Shown one piece after another: positions 1-6,513 of a stretch of DNA of 15,485 bases (the stretch's first letter is position 1; each line of letters starts with the position of its first letter). The position numbers and the translations under genes are program-made. The stretch lies in the IMG/VR virus record IMGVR_UViG_3300009961_000037, positions 1 to 15,485 of that record; one strand, given 5' to 3'. The stretch comes from a virus. Under the pieces are notes generated by a model. It was not told the DNA's origin. It ran no database searches and worked only from the letters and a program-made list of their open reading frames with translations.

Positions 1-127
1 CGTCTATCAAATTGTAACGTTAGCTGGGACAATAACACTACCAATCAATTAGAATGGATTAGAGAGCTTCCTATGAGCTTCTAGGAGCATTATGGATTGG
101 ATTACTTGGTGGTGTGGTTGGTGGGTT
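1..127. repeat. Left inverted terminal repeat (127 bp). It is the exact reverse complement of 15359-15485.
   Basis: Seen in sequence. Bases 1-127 were reverse-complemented and compared base by base with 15359-15485. They are identical across 127 nt. The match breaks at position 128 (a), whose partner 15358 is also a. The ITR contains nested inverted repeats (ccaatc 41-46 / gattgg 95-100; tccta / tagga around 70-90) and a 22-nt G/T-only tract at 103-127. Confidence 0.9.
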
Positions 128-148
128 ATTACCTCTTTCTTAATTTCT
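1..148 (-). ncRNA. Candidate packaging RNA (pRNA-like) or another end-proximal non-coding RNA, transcribed leftward from the consensus promoter at 155-183 through the ITR to the genome end.
   Basis: Seen in sequence: a perfect promoter lies immediately upstream. The 148 nt downstream of it have no ORF. The only ATG gives a 13-codon frame with no SD. An SD-like AAGAAAGAGG is followed by no start codon. Established knowledge: in phi29 the pRNA gene lies between promoter A1 and the genome end and is transcribed toward the end. Inference: no sequence homology to phi29 pRNA is expected or seen, because pRNAs are conserved in structure only. Confidence 0.3.
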
Positions 149-154
149 ATATTC

Positions 155-183
155 ATTATACACTAATAAATAAAATTTGTCAA
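155..183 (-). promoter_or_regulatory. Consensus sigma-A-type promoter pointing toward the left genome end.
   Basis: Seen in sequence. The minus strand reads TTGACA (plus 178-183), then a 17-nt spacer, then TATAAT (plus 155-160). Both hexamers match consensus perfectly. The predicted TSS is near plus 148. No CDS follows on that strand. Confidence 0.55.
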
Positions 184-219
184 TACTTTTATGTTGCATT
201 TGTGTTACAATTACATTAC

Positions 220-247
220 AAAAACCCTTACCATTTGGTAAAGGTTT
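220..247 (-). terminator. Rho-independent terminator downstream of the endolysin gene. It ends the leftward late/lysis transcripts.
   Basis: Seen in sequence. The minus-strand RNA forms a stem of about 8-11 bp (plus 225-232 pairs with 237-244, with one G-U) and a 4-nt loop. A U5 tract follows, from the A5 run at plus 220-224. Confidence 0.5.
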
Positions 248-346
248 AAGGTATCACTTATTTAGAAAAAATCGAAAAGTCCTTTCTTTTATATTTTATT
301 AATCTTACTTATATAGTCTTTCTATATTTTATTTTTTATTAATTTA

Positions 347-1177
347 TTATCCGTTTACTAGATGGTTTTTATCCCATGCAGAAAGCCAAACATTTCCGAA
401 CTGACCAAAGCCAAATCGTCTGTAGTAGTATCCACCGTAATATCCACCATCACCAGTATCTGTAATACTGTTTTCATCAATTTCAAAACTGAAATACATA
501 CCTGTTTTGAAATCCCAATCATTTCCATCAGCAATGTTATTACCGTTACTATCAACCCAGTTAATCAATGCTACAGGGATACCATTTTCTGTCCAGTCAA
601 AACCAACAGGCACAAGTTCGTCACAACGTACTTGCCAAATTCCATTGTGGAGCACGACACTATCTGCTCTATAATATGCTTTTTTTCTACTGCTCCGACT
701 AACATTTGATGGTGCATTTGTAGCACTACCTTGATAGCGCCAAACTTCAATATAAGACAAACCAGTTTGACATGCTCTTAGGTAGTAATCGTTCCATTTC
801 CAAATAGAAACAGCACTACCAATAGCACCACTTGTACTATAATCTGTGCTAATAAATCGTTCACTGTCCATCATAGCGCCTACATGTCCACCAGCACCTC
901 CAGATTGGCTCATATCAACACCCCAAGACATAAGTACAATGTCATTCCGTTGTGCGTTCCAGTCCTCATTCTTAGCAATGCGTACCCAACCATTTTTAGC
1001 TAACCAATGTCCAAGTGTAACCGTTGACGGCAGACCGACAATCTGTGCTCCAGCTTCTTTCAGCGCTTGTGAAATACTACCTGAGCAGTCCGCAGTACCA
1101 TCAGCACCATTGCGACTACCAGTCATAGAATAGGTCAACTGACCTACTCTATTTTCAAACCATGATACAATTTCCAT
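347..1177 (-). CDS. Endolysin. The N-terminal half is an Amidase_5-type N-acetylmuramoyl-L-alanine amidase domain. The C-terminal half is a probable SH3-like cell-wall-binding region, followed by a Gly/Tyr-rich tail.
   Basis: 276-aa ORF. The N-terminal region (LTYSMTGSRNGADGTADCSGSISQALKEAGA ... GGAGGHVGAMMDS) matches, from memory, the conserved blocks of the Amidase_5 / pneumococcal-phage Pal-type amidase domain (YSM..G.D..DCS.S..AL..AG ... GGAGGH.GM). It is the last gene of the leftward operon and its ATG at 1177 sits 4 nt from the holin stop. An RBS AGGAGAA lies 8 nt upstream of the ATG. Confidence 0.8.
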   Translation of the reverse strand: MEIVSWFENRVGQLTYSMTGSRNGADGTADCSGSISQALKEAGAQIVGLPSTVTLGHWLAKNGWVRIAKNEDWNAQRNDIVLMSWGVDMSQSGGAGGHVGAMMDSERFISTDYSTSGAIGSAVSIWKWNDYYLRACQTGLSYIEVWRYQGSATNAPSNVSRSSRKKAYYRADSVVLHNGIWQVRCDELVPVGFDWTENGIPVALINWVDSNGNNIADGNDWDFKTGMYFSFEIDENSITDTGDGGYYGGYYYRRFGFGQFGNVWLSAWDKNHLVNG

Positions 1178-1180
1178 TAT

Positions 1181-1555
1181 TTATTCTCCTTTGTTCAATT
1201 TTTCTTCAATTTCTTTCAATTCTTTTTCTACTCTTGTTTTTAAGAATGTAGGTACATATACACCCATAACTGCTAAATTTTCCATAATGCTAGTAATATA
1301 AGTAAGCATTACCATTAAAAGAACAGAATTTGCAATTACTTGTGCGTGGAAGTAATACCCACCAGTCGTCAACATCGCATAAAATAAAAATGTTGTCGTG
1401 TGTTTAATTACTCCTTTCGTTCCAACATCACTAGAAACAACTTTCCATTTAAGAGCCTTTAAATACCCTGTTGTAAAATCGAAGAGTACTAAGAATAGAA
1501 AGATAACAAGCAAATCACTTTTAAAAGCTTGTGAAACAGCTATAAATAATCCCAT
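1181..1555 (-). CDS. Holin (phage_holin_4 / TcdE-like class, 3-4 predicted TM segments).
   Basis: 124-aa ORF. It has hydrophobic segments (LLVIFLFLVLF; FLFYAMLTTGGYYF; VLLMVMLTYI) and a charged C-terminal tail (KTRVEKELKEIEEKLNKGE). It lies immediately upstream of the endolysin and overlaps it. An RBS GAAAGGAGGTG lies upstream of the ATG at 1555. Confidence 0.75.
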   Translation of the reverse strand: MGLFIAVSQAFKSDLLVIFLFLVLFDFTTGYLKALKWKVVSSDVGTKGVIKHTTTFLFYAMLTTGGYYFHAQVIANSVLLMVMLTYITSIMENLAVMGVYVPTFLKTRVEKELKEIEEKLNKGE

Positions 1556-1609
1556 AAATTCACCTCCTTTCTATCTATATTCAATACCTCCTTTCATTAA
1601 GATAATAAA

Positions 1610-1638
1610 AGTATATCACATAATATCGTAAATGTCAA
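1610..1638 (-). promoter_or_regulatory. Promoter of the holin-endolysin cassette. It has an extended -10 (TTGACA-17-TATACT preceded by TGn).
   Basis: Seen in sequence. The minus strand reads TTGACA (plus 1633-1638, overlapping the polymerase stop codon), then the 17-nt spacer tttacgatattatgTGa, then TATACT (plus 1610-1615). The TGaTATACT element is identical to the -10 of early promoter P2 at the right end. Confidence 0.5.
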
Positions 1639-3878
1639 ATAAAATCTTGTCCATAATCAATCATTTTGTCCATTAATTCATCAAATTTTTGTCCGTTTTC
1701 ATCTTGTTTAGGTATTAAATCTCTAGCTGAAATAATACCCAATTCAGTTTCAATGTACATTAAATCTTGTTCATCTAGCAAACCCATTGATAATTTAGAT
1801 TTTACATTATCTAAAATCTTTTCTTTTTCTGTTGAGTGATATAAAGGGTATTTTCCACCTTGTTTTAAATCAATAAAGCTTTCATAAATACTAATAGTCA
1901 TAAACTGATTTAAAATGGACTTTGTGCTCTTAATTTGTACACCATCAGAAAATTGGTTCTCTATAAATTTTTCAAAAGGAACATTTAAAACAAAACTTTT
2001 AAGTCTTACACCACCGGCATGTATTTTGATTTCATCATCTACAAGATAACAGTATTTCTTATGATTTAATATATAAAATTTATCAATACTTTCATTTTCT
2101 ATATCCCATTTCCCTAAATTCATTTTGTGGAATAATTCTTTAGGTAAGTATTTAAAAGCCTTTTCATCAAGGTATAGGCTATCAGTGTCACAATACCAAA
2201 ACCATTTATCAATATCTTTATTGATATATTTTAGAGGTGAAAGCAAGTTATACATGGCATAGCTTGTAACTGTTGCTGAAAATAATACATTTCTTTCTTT
2301 ATTTCGAAATCCACTATTAATATTATAATATTCCCCTTGTTCATCAATGCGAAACAAGTCAAAGAATAGTCTAAGGGCTGGTACACCATAAATACCATTG
2401 AGGTTTACTTTAGAACCAGCTATTTCATCACTAGTAAATACAACATCATTTTTTACATCTGTTAAATATATGTCAGTAGCATTTTTATAGTCTAATTTAT
2501 ATTTAGCTTTTCCTTGAGTCTTAATATAGTAATATTTATCAATTATATCTTTTGCACCAAATTCACTACATTTAAAGGTTACATAAGATGATACAAACAA
2601 ACTATCAATATTTAAATTAAATAGTTCATTTAAAAGACGAATACTATTTGTATTTAGATAGACTTCGCCATTTACAATCCTATAATATTTAACATACATT
2701 TGCTTTATAATCTTAGATGGTATCATGGAAATTAAATCATTAAATTCATCAATCAACATGGTAAAAAATGATATTTCATCATCTTTAAATGATAGTTTTA
2801 AATGTTTCATTTTTTCAGAGTATGAAATAGGATACATAGGAAATTTTTCATTAAACATAACATAAGGGTATGAACTATTAATATCAAGGCTAAAACCATT
2901 CTCTAATATTTTCCCTATTTTATTATCATTATAAAAATTTAAACCACCATTATAGAAATTGTTAAAGTAATCAAAACAATTTAAATCTTTAAATTTATAA
3001 TCCCCAAAGGCAAATAGTTCTCTACCTCTATTTTGTTTTAAAAGTTGAAATTCCGCTTTTTCATTATTGGTAATATATGAATGCTTAATATTACTTGTAA
3101 ATGTAGGCTCTTTATATGAAAAACCGAAGAATAAATCACTATAATATTTTATTCCTAATATTAAAATAATTACATCATTTCTTATATAAATCTTTTCATC
3201 TTCTGTTAAATTAATAAAAATTTCTCTTATGTACCCCTCTAATTCATCATCTGTTAAGTCATCATCTAAATTATATTTAATATAATCATAATCTGTTTTT
3301 AGAAATTCTTTTGTAATTAAATCTTTATCAAGCAATTTCTTTCCAATAACAGCTATACTAGTATTAGTCTTTACCCAATTATCTTCTGTTTTAAATTTAA
3401 CTCCATCTAATTTAAATTTCAATTCCAGATTATTTTTACTTTTAACCCTTTTTTCCAACAAATTACCATCTTCCAAAATAGAAAATGTTTCAGTGTTGTC
3501 ATTTTCAATAGCATTTTTAAGATATTCATTTACTACTTTACAGTTATAATATTTTACCAGTTCATATCTTATAAAATGATTATCATATCTATTACCATTG
3601 TGTGCATTTAATACATACAGTTTAGACTTCTTAAAATAAGGCTTCGACCATTCAAAAAAATGTTGAAAATTATTAAATATAATATAATACGTTTCATCAT
3701 CTAATATAAAACCAATCGTGAATGAGTACATCACACTTTTTAAAAGAGAGGGTTTAATATTACCATCTTTAAAATTATAAGTAAACGTTTCTATATCATA
3801 AGCTAGTAATGTGTATCCATGTTTAATATATTCAATAAATTCTTTTATGTTACCATAAGGTTTATGATAAGTTTTCAT
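1635..3878 (-). CDS. Family-B protein-primed DNA polymerase (phi29 gp2-like) with a 3'-5' exonuclease domain.
   Basis: 747-aa ORF. Exo I is YDIETF. Exo II is LNAHNGNRYDNHFI. Exo III is YIRNDVIIL (phi29 has YIKNDIQII). Motif A is LDINSSYPYVM (phi29 has LDVNSLYPAQM). The motif B region is VNLNGIYGVPA. Motif C is YCDTDS, which is diagnostic of protein-primed polymerases. The size matches the larger polymerases of small staphylococcal and streptococcal picoviruses, which carry TPR insertions. Confidence 0.9.
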   Translation of the reverse strand: MKTYHKPYGNIKEFIEYIKHGYTLLAYDIETFTYNFKDGNIKPSLLKSVMYSFTIGFILDDETYYIIFNNFQHFFEWSKPYFKKSKLYVLNAHNGNRYDNHFIRYELVKYYNCKVVNEYLKNAIENDNTETFSILEDGNLLEKRVKSKNNLELKFKLDGVKFKTEDNWVKTNTSIAVIGKKLLDKDLITKEFLKTDYDYIKYNLDDDLTDDELEGYIREIFINLTEDEKIYIRNDVIILILGIKYYSDLFFGFSYKEPTFTSNIKHSYITNNEKAEFQLLKQNRGRELFAFGDYKFKDLNCFDYFNNFYNGGLNFYNDNKIGKILENGFSLDINSSYPYVMFNEKFPMYPISYSEKMKHLKLSFKDDEISFFTMLIDEFNDLISMIPSKIIKQMYVKYYRIVNGEVYLNTNSIRLLNELFNLNIDSLFVSSYVTFKCSEFGAKDIIDKYYYIKTQGKAKYKLDYKNATDIYLTDVKNDVVFTSDEIAGSKVNLNGIYGVPALRLFFDLFRIDEQGEYYNINSGFRNKERNVLFSATVTSYAMYNLLSPLKYINKDIDKWFWYCDTDSLYLDEKAFKYLPKELFHKMNLGKWDIENESIDKFYILNHKKYCYLVDDEIKIHAGGVRLKSFVLNVPFEKFIENQFSDGVQIKSTKSILNQFMTISIYESFIDLKQGGKYPLYHSTEKEKILDNVKSKLSMGLLDEQDLMYIETELGIISARDLIPKQDENGQKFDELMDKMIDYGQDFI

Positions 3879-5064
3879 ACATTTTACCTAATTTTTGTAG
3901 TAAATTTCTTTCCTTTGAAATTTCAACTTTTTGTTGTGTTGTAGTTGTATTGTAATTGATTAGTTTAAATAAGTTTAAATCCATGTAATTAGGATTGTTA
4001 TAAATATAATTTTTACTAAATGTATTAGTAAATTTAATAATATCTTTCCTATATTTGTTATGAAATGTATCATTAAAGTACTTATTAGGATACAAATATA
4101 TTACATCATCTTTCATATCTTCTAAATTTAAACAATACTGGTAATCTCCCTTACTGGTAATATCTATTACATAGTTACCATTCCATACATAAAAATTAAT
4201 ATATTTATCACTTTCTAATTTAATAACAGATGGACATACTTCCGATTTAATTTTATCAAATAATACTTTACTAACTAAATTGTGATGATTGATTTCAAAC
4301 ATACCAGTAAAATTGCTATCATTTTCTACATCAAAAATAGATGTATTTTTATTTTTGTTTACTTGTTCATTTTGTCTTAACTCTATTAATTTATTTCCAT
4401 ATTGTTTTATGGTATTCATTTTATGTTTTTCAATTAAACTATAAAAATCAAGCCATTCTAAAACTGGAGAATTAAAATTTATTGGATTAGCAAGTAAAAT
4501 CATTTTAGGTTTTATACCAAAAGGCCTGTCTTTAGGTTTAACCCTATCTATTGATTGATAAATAGTTTTTATCTTTTGCAATTCATTTGGTACATAATCA
4601 TCATCAAGGGCGAGAAATTCATCATATACAATTAAAGGAAATTCTTTCAATTTAAAGCTTGAAAATTTAAGGTCACTTGCGTTATTAATATCAGCAATTA
4701 AACCTATTTCCTTATCTTCATAACCAATAATAATATAGTCTTGTTGGTTTACATACCATAAATTTTCAACTTCCCAAAATCCAATTGTTTCCACCACATT
4801 ATCTATCAGGTTACGAAACAATGTCTGTAGTTCCCAATGTCGCACAATAAAGATAGGTTTTAAATCCAAATCATAACCCATTTTAAGACAAGCACCAATA
4901 GTATTGAATGATTTTCCGTCACCACGATTTGTAATTGATAAATAAACATCTATTGTATCTTTAGTTAATTCATCTAACCAAAGTAATTGATTATATTCTT
5001 TTGGAATATTTTTTTTCCTATATTTTTGTACCCACTTTTTAAAGTCTTTTTTAAGTTTAAACAT
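3862..5064 (-). CDS. DNA encapsidation (packaging) ATPase, phi29 gp16-like.
   Basis: 400-aa ORF. Walker A is ITNRGDGKSFNT (phi29 gp16 has IGARGIGKSYAM). The next block is PIFIVRHW (phi29 has QFIYVRRY). Walker B is PLIVYDEF (phi29 has TIVFDEF). Its 3' end overlaps the polymerase start by 17 nt. Confidence 0.85.
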   Translation of the reverse strand: MFKLKKDFKKWVQKYRKKNIPKEYNQLLWLDELTKDTIDVYLSITNRGDGKSFNTIGACLKMGYDLDLKPIFIVRHWELQTLFRNLIDNVVETIGFWEVENLWYVNQQDYIIIGYEDKEIGLIADINNASDLKFSSFKLKEFPLIVYDEFLALDDDYVPNELQKIKTIYQSIDRVKPKDRPFGIKPKMILLANPINFNSPVLEWLDFYSLIEKHKMNTIKQYGNKLIELRQNEQVNKNKNTSIFDVENDSNFTGMFEINHHNLVSKVLFDKIKSEVCPSVIKLESDKYINFYVWNGNYVIDITSKGDYQYCLNLEDMKDDVIYLYPNKYFNDTFHNKYRKDIIKFTNTFSKNYIYNNPNYMDLNLFKLINYNTTTTQQKVEISKERNLLQKLGKMYENLS

Positions 5065-5075
5065 TTTATACCTTT

Positions 5076-6509
5076 CTATGGGGGAGAAATTAAACTTGTT
5101 ATACCACTTATAAACTGACCTACTGGATAAGACCTTACCGATACTGGATAGCCTAAATAATTTTGGTCAGTAACTTCTACATTATTACCATCATAACCAG
5201 TTATTACTCCTGTATGTCCGTACTCTCCAGTCTGCCAAATACCACCAGCATAACTAGCAACATTAAATATATCACCAACTTTAATATTTTCTTGTTTACC
5301 CTCTTTTACAGTCCAGCCAATAGCGCCCCAATTCCAACCACTACCAATATTTGAAGCCCTTAAAGTATCACCAATAGCAAATCCTGATGGTGGATTACCT
5401 AAACTATAAGATATATGATAACCATTTGAGATACTATTACTGTAATAACTTACTAAAGCGTAACACTGTCCATCTCCTAAATATTGACCTTGTAAATTTC
5501 TAATAGCATTTACTTTTTCTTGAATATTAGTTTTTTGATTGGTTTTCAAATTATCATTTTTAGCTTGCCTTTTTCTAGGTTGACTATTCCAATCAGTTGC
5601 CTTATTTTTTAAATCATTTGCTGAATTAATACCATCGATTAGTGGTTTAAAAATACTATCAAGATATTCTAAATCTAAACTAGTATGTAGATTGTTTAAA
5701 TTAGTTTCTACTTTTAAAATATGATTTGTAAAAATATCTCTATTGTTTGTTACATCATGTAAATCACCGTCAAAAATATCTTCTATCCCCTCTTTCAATT
5801 TTTCTATTAGTTGTAATAGTAAACTATAAAACTCACCTTTAGATGTGTTTCTACTTGGTTCTTTAGATGGTGCTAGAGATTTTCCTGATTTTTGGTCTAC
5901 TCCTCCGAATGGGTCACCACCCATGTTTTTTATCATATCTATAATGGTATCATAAGGATTACCAAAATAAACATAAGGAACACCACCTCTATTTTGGTTA
6001 CACCAATTTGTAGCAAAAACCCAAGCATTACCCGCCATAGTTGATGGCATAAATACTTTACCTATAGTATTTACACCTAAATTATCATATACTGCTTGAC
6101 ATTTTCCATGTTCATCTTCTACAGCTGGAGCAAAAACTTCTGGTGCTGATAGACTTACTGGGTGATGTTCTTTATTTATTTTTATGAGGTACTCACAATC
6201 ATGTATTAAACATTCCAAACCATTTGACCCTGTATCTCTAGCATAATGATTTATCCAGTTGCCAGCACCACCACTTTCAGTTACTGTATAGGCTAGAAAA
6301 AAAGTATATCCTCCTAAAAGTTCCTCTAATTTAGGTATATAAGTATCTAATAGATTTTTTTTAGTAACACCATAAGACCTAATAACTGGTTGCGCACCAT
6401 TTTGTGCCATAAACCAATTTGCTATATCATCTTTTTTAATACCAAAATTATTTTTAAAAGGTTGACTAAGGAATTTAATATATTCCTCTGTCTTATATTT
6501 TTTACTCAT
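5076..6509 (-). CDS. Tail-associated peptidoglycan hydrolase (gp13-like virion lysin) with a C-terminal CHAP peptidase domain.
   Basis: 477-aa ORF. The C-terminal ~130 aa carry the CHAP catalytic signature: Cys in DGQCYALVSYY and His in GEYGHTGVITGY. The N-terminal ~250 aa form a globular domain of unassigned fold (FFLAYTVTESGGAGNWINHYARD...), possibly a glycosidase. It sits between the tail knob gene and the packaging ATPase gene, which is the phi29 gp13 position. Confidence 0.7.
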   Translation of the reverse strand: MSKKYKTEEYIKFLSQPFKNNFGIKKDDIANWFMAQNGAQPVIRSYGVTKKNLLDTYIPKLEELLGGYTFFLAYTVTESGGAGNWINHYARDTGSNGLECLIHDCEYLIKINKEHHPVSLSAPEVFAPAVEDEHGKCQAVYDNLGVNTIGKVFMPSTMAGNAWVFATNWCNQNRGGVPYVYFGNPYDTIIDMIKNMGGDPFGGVDQKSGKSLAPSKEPSRNTSKGEFYSLLLQLIEKLKEGIEDIFDGDLHDVTNNRDIFTNHILKVETNLNNLHTSLDLEYLDSIFKPLIDGINSANDLKNKATDWNSQPRKRQAKNDNLKTNQKTNIQEKVNAIRNLQGQYLGDGQCYALVSYYSNSISNGYHISYSLGNPPSGFAIGDTLRASNIGSGWNWGAIGWTVKEGKQENIKVGDIFNVASYAGGIWQTGEYGHTGVITGYDGNNVEVTDQNYLGYPVSVRSYPVGQFISGITSLISPP

Positions 6510-6513
6510 AATA

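Noticed and set aside
86-163. Trp-rich mini-ORFs reading inward from each ITR (MDWITWWCGWWV...)
   Set aside because: They are a consequence of the GT-rich tract in the ITR. They have no SD, the two copies diverge immediately outside the repeat, and the left one is antisense to the proposed RNA.
177-222. Plus-strand promoter-like elements (TTGTCA at 177-182; TGtTACAAT at 203-211)
   Set aside because: Spacing between the hexamers is wrong (23 nt). Nothing is encoded downstream on the plus strand, and it would transcribe antisense into the terminator and lysin. It probably arises because the region is the mirror image of the strong minus-strand promoter in AT-rich DNA.
362-1133. Plus-strand ORFs 362..709 (115 aa) and 846..1133 (95 aa), and the nested minus ORF 358..555 (65 aa)
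   Set aside because: They lie entirely antisense to, or out of frame within, the well-supported endolysin gene. They have low-complexity composition and no RBS. They are typical spurious frames in AT-rich DNA.
1398-1631. Plus-strand ORF of 77 aa antisense to the holin gene
   Set aside because: It overlaps the holin gene and its promoter on the opposite strand, has no SD, and there is no plus-strand promoter context.
5163-5354. Plus-strand 63-aa ORF inside the tail hydrolase gene
   Set aside because: It is antisense to the CHAP-domain coding region and has no start signals.
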